Assembly: GCF_022045235.1 (NCBI RefSeq)
Contig: NW_027266264.1
Location: 186,001 to 250,000 of the forward strand
Length of the DNA: 64,000 bases
Direction of reading: 5' to 3'
Source: Haliotis cracherodii
Lineage: Eukaryota
A program made the translations under genes and the position numbers. The notes under the pieces were generated by a model that saw nothing but the letters and a program-made list of their open reading frames with translations, ran no database searches and was not told the DNA's origin. Positions 51,339-64,000 of this stretch are shown here, piece after piece (within the stretch, counting starts at the first letter, position 1; every line of letters starts with the position of its first letter).

Positions 51339-52268
51339 GTGTACCCTTTTGTGTACATAACAGGCCTCTCCAATCCAGTACAACTACATCTGATGTCTGC
51401 TCTACTGTATAAACATTGCCTCCTACCTGTATATATTCTTGTCAACCTTATTCTGTATATCACCTGCTTGATAACGGTGTTAGAACCTACAACGACACGT
51501 CGCTCTTAATTGTAATTAAGACGTTGTTCATCCATAAATCCCATCTTTATTTATATTGGACGAGTGATGACCGCGGAAAGGGTGTCATTATTTGCATGGC
51601 ATTGAGTGCAGTTTGAAATTTTAACTCTGATTTTTCTTATAAAAATCTAATATCTCCAGTAATGGGTTTATTTATGAGGACAAGAAGATCTTTTTCAGAA
51701 AGCTTCGCAAAACAATAGTAACATTGTTACATTTTTTCGATATATCCATTAGATATTGTTCTAGTCCCTATACAAAATGCCATTACCGCAACAGCCTAAC
51801 TTTTCGGGCCTACAGTCAAAGGGGAGGAATAATTTGAATAGGGTCACGTGACTAGAGACATCACCTGAACCATCTTGTCATTACCACAATATCTTTATGC
51901 TTGCAGCTTCTCTAATTTACCTACAATATTAGCATGATAATGCATCTATAACTTTTAAGTTCACGTTGATTCTGATTCGCATTTTGGAGTTATTAGTGCA
52001 CAGTTTTATTTTTATATTTACAAAAAAAGAACACTTTAGAATCCTGTAAAGTACATAATTATTCACCTTTGGTATTGAGTGTATAATCAAACCAGCGATA
52101 GAAACTAACAGTTTTAGTCAACTATAGTCATTATTGATAACATCTAGCGAAACCTTTAAAAATGGCAACTTTCTACTCGTCCTTATGATACCTAAACTAT
52201 TGTGCAGTTTGGCAAGGACTACAGGACAAGTGCCATTTTCTAACGCTGCAAGCCCTGTATCAGCCAGC

Positions 52269-52629
52269 GGGGCACGGGTGGCCCAGTCGTCTGAGGCGCC
52301 GCAATTCGCTGTGCAGAGTTGCGTCCCTTGGGCAGGCCAGAAACAAGCTCCGTCCCAGCGCGTGACTCCTTCGTTACACTCTCGGTAACATAGTATATAG
52401 AGAGCTCCGCTAACGGGCTATCACTGTGAGGAGCTTGCGCCAGAAAACTATGATTGTGTTTTCGAATCCCGGTTCGCCCCGATTATGTTTCTAGGTTTAC
52501 CATACCCGTGCTCATGGGTTTCACCGAAGTTGTAGCGTCCGAGACCTGCATCACTTCGGGCTTTCCTCCCATTAACGCCGTGATATAACTGGAATTATGT
52601 TAAAAGCGGCGTTAAACCCAATTCACCCA
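52269..52629 (+). mobile_element. Family C SINE, 361 bp, tRNA-Leu-like head with a long A-B box spacer
   Basis: 14-bp TSD CTGTATCAGCCAGC at 52255-52268 and 52630-52643; A-box-like GGTGGCCCAGTCGTCTGAGGCGC; B-box-like TTCGAATCCC at ~52461; tail shared with families A and B. Confidence 0.85.
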
Positions 52630-53154
52630 CTGTATCAGCCAGCATGGTTCCCTGGGTCTGCTGCGCTGAGTGTAGCGCCACGCAGCATACCCAGGAAACC
52701 AGTTTGTATATCAGCAAACTTTAAATACTACTACAGTAAACATAATTCAGTGATAATTCGAACTTATTAAGATTTAGGCCGAAGGTATTAATTATATATA
52801 TTGTGGTAATGACATTGGAAGGTTGATTTCTTAGGTTCACCTTTTTTCATAAATTGTTATTGTGCAACTTCGTGATATTGGAGACGGGGCCCAGCTTAGC
52901 AACTTCGCTGCTAATCGAGTTTTTCTAGTAAACATTAATTAACATTCAGTTGCAATAATTATGCCAAAACAAATACAAAAAATAAGATATCCAATTTGTA
53001 ATGCAAGCATGATCAATATTGCTAATGTTGGTAGAATGACGTATGAATGTCGTTTAGCTATAATATATTATAATCATAGTCCTACAGTCCAGTCTGCCGA
53101 TTTACTGAATTCGTTGCTACAATGATGTCTCCCCAACACACGGAATTCTCCCTT

Positions 53155-53195
53155 GAGGCCACTTCCTGTACAGTCTCGGGTCGTTTCCGGAGGGT
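53155..53195 (+). promoter_or_regulatory. Candidate TATA-less promoter of the Rab gene (ETS-like motifs ACTTCCTG and TTTCCGG)
   Basis: Two GGAA-core motifs ~85-115 nt upstream of the ATG. Confidence 0.35.
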
Positions 53196-53273
53196 GGCAG
53201 TCATCCTGTTTGTTGACATCGCATTGTTTACCGTGTTCACGATATGACAGTTGTCATCAGACACCTGTAAGAG

Positions 53274-53293
53274 ATGGCCAACAAGAAAAAAGC
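53274..53293 (+). CDS. Rab GTPase (Rab20-like), coding exon 1: MANKKK(A)
   Basis: ATGGCCAACAAGAAAAAAGC|GTAAGT, phase 2; joins exon 2 to give MANKKKADLKVIIMGD. Confidence 0.8.
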
Positions 53294-53484
53294 GTAAGTT
53301 GAAATTCTCTGTGGTAATCTTTTCCTTCCAAACGTCGACCGTTAGATAGATTAAATTTTGGTAGATTTGCTTCAATCTGCGTTCTATATTGAGGCCGATG
53401 ATTCAGACACACATGGCTTTTACACAAGGTGCGTGTGGAACAACATGCCAGTGACCAAACAAACCTTGAGTCACTGAGCTAGTA

Positions 53485-53606
53485 GCGTGGATCGATGCTT
53501 ACAATGTCAGTCACTGGATTATTCTTGTCCAGACTCGATTATGTACAGACCGTCATGTAGCTAGAATATTGCTGAGTGTCGCGTTAAACAACAGACAAAC
53601 AAACAG
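53485..53606 (+). mobile_element. 5'-truncated family B retroposon
   Basis: GGATCGATGCT..TCACTGGATT..GTCCAGACTCGATT..GAATATTGCTGAGTG..GCGTTAAAC(AAAC)n. Confidence 0.82.
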
Positions 53607-53927
53607 TGTCAAGACTAGTATCCTATGAAGTAGTTGAGCTTGTAGTGCTAGTTGTGATCAGCTATTAACAGCTGGTTAGAGAGTCCACTTTAAGGCTGGA
53701 AAAAGTCCAAATTTACTACCTGATTACCTGCCCCTACTTGGGTACCCTACCCACCTAGTTCGTTAACCATCATTTTGGTACCCATTATTTTCCTTTAAAC
53801 ACACCGTGACATCACACGATAAATGTTATTATTGAATAACATTCAGTCACCTAACTTAAAATACCTGGTTTGTAATATTTCATGTCCGGTTTAAATCATT
53901 TTCTTCATGAAAATTTGTTATATGAAC

Positions 53928-54023
53928 CACAGGGCCACGTATAGCCGTATATTACATTAAAAAAAGATGTAATCTTAATGTAATCAGTACAGTCAGTATA
54001 GTATGGCTATACGTGGCCCTGTG
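53928..54023. mobile_element. 96-bp MITE with 8-bp TSD (hAT- or P-type)
   Basis: Perfect 19-bp TIR CACAGGGCCACGTATAGCC; TSD ATATGAAC at 53920-53927 and 54024-54031. Confidence 0.92.
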
Positions 54024-54461
54024 ATATGAACAGACGATTTAACTTCTCTTATCCACCCCACCCCTCATAATTTTAAGATTATATAATTCAACAAAACACA
54101 GGGGTATTCTGTAAACTGTTGAGGCACTCAACATTAAATGCTGGAATTTTGGAATGTTTTCAGTCACATGATCATTACATCCTACCGGGTACCGATATGA
54201 GAGAGTTCGCCCCTTAAGCAGCCATGAAAGAATGTCAAAAATGTTGTTTACTTTATTTAATGAAAAGTTTCAGGCAACTAAGAATTCAACCAGTGCAAGT
54301 GTTTATTTTTTTGTTCATTGCCTTTGGGCAAGTGGATTTTGAAAAGCCCTGAGTCTGATGTGACTGTTTTGTCACGTCCACTGGCTTGTGGACTTTGTGA
54401 AGACTGCCTTATCAAGGAGTGACCTTCACCTTTAACCCATTTTTCCCTTCTGACCTTTCAG

Positions 54462-54555
54462 AGACCTGAAGGTCATCATCATGGGCGACTTTGCTGTGGG
54501 GAAAACTTCACTCATCTGTCGATACATTGAGGGAAAATTCAAAACCCAGGAACCG
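54462..54555 (+). CDS. Rab GTPase (Rab20-like), coding exon 2: DLKVIIMGDFAVGKTSLICRYIEGKFKTQEP; later exons not found in the window
   Basis: P-loop GDFAVGKTS after the beta-1 strand KVIIMG; acceptor TTCTGACCTTTCAG, donor CCG|GTATAT. Subfamily assignment is tentative. Confidence 0.9.
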
Positions 54556-54587
54556 GTATATATACCATGAAATGTTTTCTTACTGAT

Positions 54588-54690
54588 GAGTGAGTGAGTA
54601 TGGTTTTATGCCACTTTAAGCGATCTTCCAGCAAGATCACGACAGGTTGACTACGGCCTTGGGACACCAGACTTGGCCTTCACAGATGTT
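54588..54690 (-). mobile_element. Degenerate family A SINE 3' fragment
   Basis: (GAGT)n plus GGTTTTATGCC..CCAGCAAGATCACG..GGGACACCAG..CTTCAC. Confidence 0.7.
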
Positions 54691-54784
54691 GTAGAAGTCT
54701 TGTGTGATGTGTTGTGTGCAGTGTGGAATGTGTAGTTACTTGTAGTGTGTACAATGTGTTGCGTGTTATGTGTTGTGAGTTATT

Positions 54785-55286
54785 CAATCTCATTAAAATC
54801 AGATCTTAATTCTCGCTACCTCTGAACCAAGATCTGAGGGCATCCCATTATGGGTCACGTCAGAACGACCTTTCATCCAACCAATCAGAGCGTCGCTTAC
54901 CAGATCATGAAAGTGACGGTTTGAATGTGTTTTCTAATCATGCAACCTCGAAAACTTTAACAAAGAAAACTTCGGAACGATAGTTACAGGCTTATCGACT
55001 GAATCCATACAATTTAGACCATCTATTAGCAGTTCCAGAATGTTCTTTTTTTCAGTTTTCAAATTTTAATTGAGAATTTGTCAAATATGTTTCGAAGCGT
55101 AGTCGCCAATTTGAAATTAGTGCCGTAAAGCACGAGAAAGCTGCCTTCTGATTGTCGGCTTCTTGTCAGTCGTTCCATTAGTCGGTCAAAGTTTGCGCAA
55201 GGTTGGTCTGACATGACATGTTATGGGATTCCTCAGATCTTTTGTTTAGCAGTAGTGAGAACTAAGATCTGATTTTAATGAGATTG
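54785..55286. mobile_element. 502-bp MITE with long TIRs and a 9-bp TSD (possibly Mutator-like)
   Basis: Perfect terminal 24 bp CAATCTCATTAAAATCAGATCTTA, imperfect TIR to ~80 bp; flanks TGAGTTATT and TGTGTTATT (8/9). Confidence 0.88.
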
Positions 55287-56395
55287 TGTGTTATTATATG
55301 TGTGTATAACAGTATTGTTTGAGAGATTCCTACATACAATGATTAATAAAACAGTGGCACTTCCGGCAGGCATGTCAAGTTGATGTCAGGTTGTGGTTAT
55401 ACTTATCATTGAGATGCTGTTAACAGTTTTGTGTTCTTGACCTGCACAAATTGGTTTCTTTCAGAATGACAAGTTTCAGACCTTCTGATCCCCAATACCC
55501 CCATCTCACATAGCTAATAATGTTTAAAGAATTCTTTGCCCAGATCCCACTTAGCCCCCTAAATAGCCTAATTTTAAACATGTTGTTGACAGACAATCGG
55601 AGCTGCCTTCTTCCTGAAACAGTGGGGCCCCTACAATGTTGCTGTGTGGGTACGTACATGGACACACCAACAATGCTCATGATGTCAACACTAGATTGTC
55701 TGGTCCAGGCTCAGTTATTGACATGTTGTCATCACATACTGTAAATCTTGAAATTAACGCGAGTGTGAATTAAATGCGAAATATGTGAATGGTCTTTGCT
55801 CGCATTAATTAACTTCACATTTATGTCTCCAAAATGACTATCAACAATAAGACGGCCTCACTGCACACATTGGATAGCGGAAATACCAATGTTATTATTA
55901 ACACAAAGCAGTAGTTGTAACAAGTATATAACAATGTCATTCAAAGAATAGCAATTACACAATGGGCATGGGGTGAGTTATCACTGCTGGGGTCAATAGT
56001 TCTACCCATTCGTGTCAAGCTCGGTGACACCTTCTCAGCATACCAATCAGTGAACTGTTGTTGGTTCAATTATTTTATTGCCTTTGAACTTCCTTAATGC
56101 CAGTCAATAGAGTTAAACATATAAACTGTGTGTTGTGTTTAGGAAAACACTGTTTATTGATTTTACAGAAGTGCTCTGCTCAGCGCTAATAAGCGCTGCT
56201 ATTTGCTGTTTGATTGGGTTAAGGTAAGGATATGAATCATTCCACTGGGGATGGGGTGGGTGGAGTCACATTGATATTGAGTCACATTTTTGGCTAGGGG
56301 TCAGCAGTCGTATAAATTTGGAGATGCATTAATTTCCAGATTTACAGTAGCTGGAATATTGCTGAGTTCTGCATTCAACAAACCACAAACAAACA

Positions 56396-59300
56396 GACAC
56401 GTATACAACAAGGATTAATGAAGCTAAGCCAATCCATGTGGGGTTCACAGACAGACAGACTTGTATACAACAAGGATTAATGAAGCTAAGCCAATCCATG
56501 TGGGGTTCCACAGACAGACAGACTTGTATACAACAAGGATTAATGAAGTTAAGCCAATCCATGTGGGGTTCCACAGACAGACAGACATGTATACAACAAG
56601 GATTAATGAAGCTAAGCCAATCCATGTGGGGTTCCACAGACAGACAGACTTGTATACAACAAGGATTAATGAAGCTAAGCCAATCCATGTGGGGTTCCAC
56701 AGACAGACAGACATGTATACAACAAGGATTAATGAAGCTAAGCCAATCCATGTGGGACTCCACAGACAGACATGTATAAAACACTGATTAATGAAGCTAA
56801 GCCAATCCATGTGGGGCTCCACAGACAGACAGACTTGTATACAACAAGGATTAATGAAGCTAAGCCAATCCATGTGGGGCTCCACAGACAGACAGACAGA
56901 CATGTATACAACAAGGATTAATGAAGCTAAGCCAATCCATGTGGGGCTCCACAGACAGACAGACAGACAGACATGTATACAACAAGGATTAATGAAGCTA
57001 AGCCAATCCATGTGGGGTTCCACAGACAGACAGACTTGTATACAACACAGATTAATGAAGCTAAGCCAATCCATGTGGGGCTCCACAGACAGACAGACAC
57101 ACAGACATGTATACAACAAGGATTAATGAAGCTAAGCCAATCCATGTGGGGTTCCACAGACAGACAGACTTGTATACAACACGGATTAATGAAGCTAAGC
57201 CAATCCATGTGGGGCTCCACAGACAGACATGTATACAACACAGATTAATGAAGCTAAGCCAATCCATGTGGGGTTCCACAGACAGACAGACATGTATACA
57301 ACACAGATAAATGAAGCTAAGCCAATCCATGTGGGGTTCCACAGACAGACAGACAGACATGTATACAACAAGGATTAATGAAGCTAAGCCAATCCATGTG
57401 GGGTTCCACAGACAGACAGACATGTATACAACACAGATTAATGAAGCTAAGCCAATCCATGTGGGGTTCCACAGGCAGACAGACTTGTATACAACACGGA
57501 TTAATGAAGCTAAGCCAATCCATGTGGGGCTCCAGCCTCAGGAATGTCTTGAAGGTGAAAATGAATTGTGCTGCAAGGGGCATCTGTAGTTTCATCTGTA
57601 CTGTAGAACTGCAGCCAGGTGCGGGACAGTTTAGTAACATGACAGGTGTTTGGTTATTTATCAGTAGATGCAATGATTGAAAGCAGTGGAGTGGCAGTGG
57701 GGTAGCCTCGTGGTTAAAACATTTGCTCGTCACTCCAAAGACCCCGGTTTGATTCCGCCTCTGTGATATTGCTGGAATATTGCTAAAAGTGGAATATATA
57801 ATTGTGTATGTAGATCCACTCACAACAGATTCTGTTGAATCTTTTTTTAACCCTGTCACTAACTGGGCAGTGGCCACACAGATTCAGGAATGCCATGTTT
57901 CCCATTAGCAAACAAAAGAATGACAAAGAAAATGTTGACAATTAAACAATGACAAGCAAAATAATGAATCCATGTGGGGTTCACAGACAGACAGACTTGT
58001 ATACAACAAGGATTAATGAAGCTAAGCCAATCCATGTGGGGTTCCACAGACAGACAGACTTGTATACAACACGGATTAATGAAGCTAAGCCAATCCATGT
58101 GGGGTTCCACAGACAGACAGACTTGTATACAACAAGGATTTATGAAGTTAAGCCAATCCATGTGGGGTTCCACAGACAGACAGACATGTATACAACAAGG
58201 ATTAATGAAGCTAAGCCAATCCATGTGGGGTTCCACAGACAGACAGACTTGTATACAACAAGGATTAATGAAGCTAAGCCAATCCATGTGGGGCTCCACA
58301 GACAGACAGACAGACAGACATGTATACAACAAGGATTAATGAAGCTAAGCCAATCCATGTGGGGCTCCACAGACAGACAGACTTGTATACAACACGGATT
58401 AATGAAGCTAAGCCAATCCATGTGGGGCTCCACAGACAGACATGTATACAACACAGATTAATGAAGCTAAGCCAATCCATGTGGGGTTCCACAGACAGAC
58501 AGACATGTATACAACACAGATAAATGAAGCTAAGCCAATCCATGTGGGGTTCCACAGACAGACAGACAGACTTGTATACAACAAGGATTAATGAAGCTAA
58601 ACCAATCCATGTGGGGTTCCACAGACAGACAGACATGTATACAACACAGATTAATGAAGCTAAGCCAATCCATGTGGGGTTCCACAGGCAGACAGACTTG
58701 TATACAACACGGATTAATGAAGCTAAGCCAATCCATGTGGGGCTCCAGCCTCAGGAATGTCTTGAAGGTGAAAATGAATTGTGCTGCAAGGGGCATCTGT
58801 AGTTTCATCTGTACTGTAGAACTGCAGCCAGGTGCGGGACAGTTTAGTAACATGACAGGTGTTTGGTTATTTATCAGTAGATGCAATGATTGAAAGCAGT
58901 GGAGTGGCAGTGGGGTAGCCTCGTGGTTAAAACGTTTGCTCGTCACTCCAAAGACCCCGGTTTGATTCCGCCTCTGTGATATTGCTGGAATATTGCTAAA
59001 AGTGGAATATATAATTGTGTATGTAGATCCACTCACAACAGTTTCTGTTGAATCTTTTTTTAACCCTGTCACTAACTGGGCAGTGGCCACACAGATTCAG
59101 GAATGCCATGTTTCCCATTAGCAAACAAAAGAATGACAAAGAAAATGTTGACAATTAAACAATGACAAGCAAAATAATGAATCCATGTGGGGTTCACAGA
59201 CAGACAGACTTGTATACAACACGGATTAATGAAGCTAAGCCAATCCATGTGGGGTTCCACAGACAGACAGACTTGTATACAACAAGGATTTATGAAGTTA

Positions 59301-60393
59301 AGCCAATCCATGTGGGGTTCCACAGACAGACAGACATGTATACAACAAGGATTAATGAAGCTAAGCCAATCCATGTGGGGTTCCACAGACAGACAGACTT
59401 GTATACAACAAGGATTAATGAAGTTAAGCCAATCCATGTGGGGCTCCACAGACAGACAGACTTGTATACAACAAGGATTAATGAAGCTAAGCCAATCCAT
59501 GTGGGGCTCCACAGACAGACAGACAGACAGACATGTATACAACAAGGATTAATGAAGCTAAGCCAATCCATGTGGGGCTCCACAGACAGACAGACTTGTA
59601 TACAACACGGATTAATGAAGCTAAGCCAATCCATGTGGGGCTCCACAGACAGACATGTATACAACACAGATTAATGAAGCTAAGCCAATCCATGTGGGGT
59701 TCCACAGACAGACAGACATGTATACAACACAGATAAATGAAGCTAAGCCAATCCATGTGGGGTTCCACAGACAGACAGACAGACTTGTATACAACAAGGA
59801 TTAATGAAGCTAAACCAATCCATGTGGGGTTCCACAGACAGACAGACATGTATACAACACAGATTAATGAAGCTAAGCCAATCCATGTGGGGTTCCACAG
59901 GCAGACAGACTTGTATACAACACGGATTAATGAAGCTAAGCCAATCCATGTGGGGCTCCAGCCTCAGGAATGTCTTGAAGGTGAAAATGAATTGTGCTGC
60001 AAGGGGCATCTGTAGTTTCATCTGTACTGTAGAACTGCAGCCAGGTGCGGGACAGTTTAGTAACATGACAGGTGTTTGGTTATTTATCAGTAGATGCAAT
60101 GATTGAAAGCAGTGGAGTGGCAGTGGGGTAGCCTCGTGGTTAAAACGTTTGCTCGTCACTCCAAAGACCCCGGTTTGATTCCGCCTCTGTGATATTGCTG
60201 GAATATTGCTAAAAGTGGAATATATAATTGTGTATGTAGATCCACTCACAACAGTTTCTGTTGAATCTTTTCTTAACCCTGTCACTAACTGGGCAGTGGC
60301 CACACAGATTCAGGAATGCCATGTTTCCCATTAGCAAACAAAAGAATGACAAAGAAAATGTTGACAATTAAACAATGACAAGCAAAATAATGA
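56396..60393. repeat. ~63-bp minisatellite within a tandem triplication (1213-bp period) that also carries a ~430-bp spacer with an internally deleted family A SINE
   Basis: Near-identical ORFs at 57317, 58530 and 59743 (offset 1213); SINE copies at ~57693, ~58906 and ~60119. Confidence 0.95.
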
Positions 60394-61269
60394 CAAGCCG
60401 AAAAATGACAGATAAAGAATGACAAATGAAACAATGACAAAGGGAATAAAAATGGTGACATTGAGTGTCTTCTGACACAATATGCAGATGGCACAAGCTG
60501 TTCACTTGATGGCTCTGAATGATGCCATGCATTGACATTCTCTGTATTTTTCAGGCTTAAAAGTAAACCCAGATAAGACAAAGTTCATATTGATGAGAAT
60601 GAATTGAAAATAAACCTCTGTCTGAAATTAAATTTGGACACGACAGATGAGCCTTTTGTAATATTGAGGATAGTCTTCTTTCTTGAACATGTACAATATA
60701 CAACTCAAGCAATGAACGCTAATGTAAATATGGTCAATAACACACCTCACACCATTTGGTATGAATAACATTCTTAAATCACTAATTCTGCCCAAACCTA
60801 ACCATGTTAACAATCTCTTCTCATCTATTTCAAATTCACCTGAAACAACTATTGATAAATTTTCAAACAAAATGTTTCAACTTGTGGGGAAATATGTCCG
60901 ACTCAACGTGTGCTTGAGTACAAGGGAGATAACTCCAGGTGGTTTTTATATTCCAATCAACTTGACATGCACAACATACAACCCAGTTAAGTCAACCTGC
61001 ATAAGCATTCTATGACACCTCTCTTCTTAAGATAGTTAATTCAACATTTAAACTTTCTTATAAATGTTCCTGAATGTTATAAATGTAACTGCATGCAGCT
61101 AGCTTTAGAGTCCATGATAAAATCTCTATCACTTATCTCTATTTTACTTCAAATTAAAGTCTCTTCTCTGGTATTAGGTGTTTACTGCAAACACGTTATC
61201 AATTGTCCATCACAACACTGGACTATAATCACTGATCATTATTCAAACTTGAACTTTAAAACACTTTAA

Positions 61270-63649
61270 CCCTCTGGATGCCGAGCTTTTTTTCTGACGC
61301 ACATTTTCCTAAGATCGGAAAAGTGAAGGTTGTGCGAGAATTGCGCTCACGCGGCACTGGATCTACCTCTGGCTATAAAATTACGCAGAGGTGGGGAATA
61401 TTAAATTTCTTATTTGATAGTGTAAATTTAACTGTAGATATCAAACCGGTTTTTAAAAAAACACACTGCTGAGTGTTGTCCGAGAATTTATTCTGCGTTG
61501 AAAAACAGTAAATTTCTCCGTGGTGTTTTGTTCAGGAGGAACCAAACTATTCCAACACAAATATCGATATTGAAACTGTACACTTTTAGTTATAAAATAT
61601 ACCCATAAGAAATGATGAAATCGTACTTCATAAAAAGGAGGTAATAGAGAAATGGATGGCCTGATCTAACCTATAACTTAGTCCTCAGATTCCAACATTC
61701 TCCTGATTGTGTAAGTGTAATTTGACTAATGTTGCATCATTATTAATGGAGCACAAGCCTTATTATCAAATGTAATGAAATACCCTAAAACTAACACGAT
61801 TCCTTTTGACGTCATGGCTGGTTTCATGTCTTTGATTACGTACGAAAAAGACGACACTGGTATTTTGATTAATTTATATCTCCCCTAATTTTCGTTCATG
61901 GTGTGGAAAATTTTGATGTGGGGAACGGAATTTGACGCTTTTTCGACACAACATGAAATGACTGCTCTCACCAAGTAAATAATGTCTTGAATATGTAAAC
62001 AATTAGACAGTTTATTGTGTATCTTAATTGGACAAGACACGCAGCTGTTTGGCATCAATTTACGTAATGAAATTCCCAAAACAATATTTCAAAACAACCA
62101 AAATTATATTCAATATTGGACATATATTTGTTCATGATTATGTTATATTTTCTTATAATATTGACTTATCACACATCCCAAGAAATACATACATGCTGCA
62201 GTTACATTTAGACTTCATCTTGTAACACTTGTCCAAAGGAAAGAAATATCGTAGTTGACACTATAAACCTATCACATTGTTATGTAAACAATGTTCAAAC
62301 AAACAGGAGATTATCAAAGGTTTGTTCATACATGTTGTGGCTTTTATGTACGTATGATTTCATTTTGAACATTGACAAATATCCAAAGCGAAATTAATTG
62401 TGTGAACAAATGTATAATAGACATGCAAAATATACACCATAACTGAAACTGTAAACAGCATGATACATTGATCGTGTGCACTCTCATTCAAGGACCTTCA
62501 CCTCAAAGAAATTACCAAATATGCACAACAATGTTGACGAATGACATCACTACCTGTGACCCACTTTTACAAAATGGCGTGTACACTTTCAACAGTATGC
62601 AGGATTGTACGAGGGGACTTTCGTTGATTCAGGGATCGTATAAACATAAATGTGACATGTAAGTAATCAGAAACATTCTGACAATCTATGTACTGTTATT
62701 TGTTGTCATAATTTTCATTGAAACAAACGGAAATAGTCAGAAATTCCCATAAATACCATTGTCGTTGTGCATGATTTTGCGTCAGTCATGGCGTCAACCA
62801 GAATGGTAACTTTCGCAACTTATGTTGAAAATATCAAATCATTGCAATGTATCTATTTGAAATTCCCTAATTCTTCCTACGATTCTCTTCCCATGCATAT
62901 TCTGAAAATGTTGAGCCAATATCTTGAACGAATAGGCGAATGGATAGCTCAAAATAGGAGAATATGCTACACTGTGTAAAATCTGAATTTTGCTTTGTTT
63001 ACATTTCAGCCATGTGCAGTTTTTCGTGCACAGCGTTCGTTTTCACACCTAACTTATTTTGCTTCATTTCATCTAGCCACTTTGTATTGGTGACAAAGAC
63101 CACTGGTCATTTGATTCTAAAATGTATGAGGAATTCAAGGATGTAGGTATCGCAGATAAGTTTGAAATATACGTGATGTTACAGGCGTCTCATAACCGGT
63201 GTACCTGAAACGTGATTTTGTAAACACTATCCAAAATGGCGGAAAGTTCACTTTGGCGTTCGTGTTTTCGTTTTTTCCAAAACATTCTAAACGATTCTAG
63301 GGTTATTGGAGACGTTTTGGAATGATCATTGGTGATTTCATAAAAGACAGATACCCATGATCACTAATATGCTATTTTTGAAATTCATGTCTCTGAGTAA
63401 ATATCCGAAATTTAAATGTCAAAACATGCTGTAAATAAGGCCGTGAGTAGTGATTTAGTAATGTGTAAAAAATGGCGACATTTACGATGTACCTAATTTT
63501 TATAGGTCATGTTCAGTACTTTGGCTTGGCCTAAAATGTCGGTGGGTGATATCACAGAACAGGGAATTTCCCACCTTGTTCAAAACTGTAAAGTGTATTT
63601 GTGTGGGCTGTAGAGGAGGGACATATATGTCCCTCTGGCATCCAGGGGG
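61270..63649. mobile_element. Non-autonomous piggyBac-like DNA transposon, 2380 bp
   Basis: TTAA at 61266-61269 and 63650-63653; 13-bp TIR CCC(T/C)CTGGATGCC; CCC...GGG termini; no transposase ORF inside. Confidence 0.82.
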
Positions 63650-64000
63650 TTAAAGTCAATCTGAGTATCTGGCTGGTGGCTTTATCATACGACTGCTGAC
63701 ATGACGTTGACTCTGATGATGACGGTGTAGTTGATGACAGTGGTGACTTCACTGGCCGTTGGAACAGTGTTGTGTTGTCTGATGTTATGGGAGATTCCAT
63801 GGGAGTATGGCTTCTTTCATTGTTGTCAAAACACTATTTCAGAGGGTTAGTTTTATTTGTTTTCAGGAGATCTCTCCGGTATCTCCTGAAGAATCTTCCA
63901 CTACTTTCAGCAATGTATGAACGTTGCACTTTGCTTGGTTTGACTACAGTTCCTGGTATCCATTTACCTTCCTTTCTCAGTTGTACTACATCACCTTGTT

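Overview
Animal genomic DNA with four N-gaps; the SINE families and GPCR type suggest a gastropod mollusc such as abalone (inference). More than half the window is unrelated mini- and microsatellite arrays, which generate nearly all the long ORFs in the track. I can support three genes. (1) A class A GPCR with a single coding exon (12796-13995, +). (2) The first two coding exons of a Rab20-like GTPase (53274-54555, +). (3) A 4-exon minus-strand gene (45607->26961) that the ORF track mostly misses. Gene 3 splices with GT-AG sites and matching phases into a 145-aa secreted precursor: signal peptide, a short cationic amphipathic peptide (ERRKARIRLKFGLT), then an Asp-rich repeat region. This is the layout of an antimicrobial-peptide precursor and is the main candidate novel system. 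Mobile DNA includes a decayed Tc1 element (DD34E, TIRs, TA duplication), a non-autonomous piggyBac-like element, two MITEs and three retroposon families that share a 3' tail.
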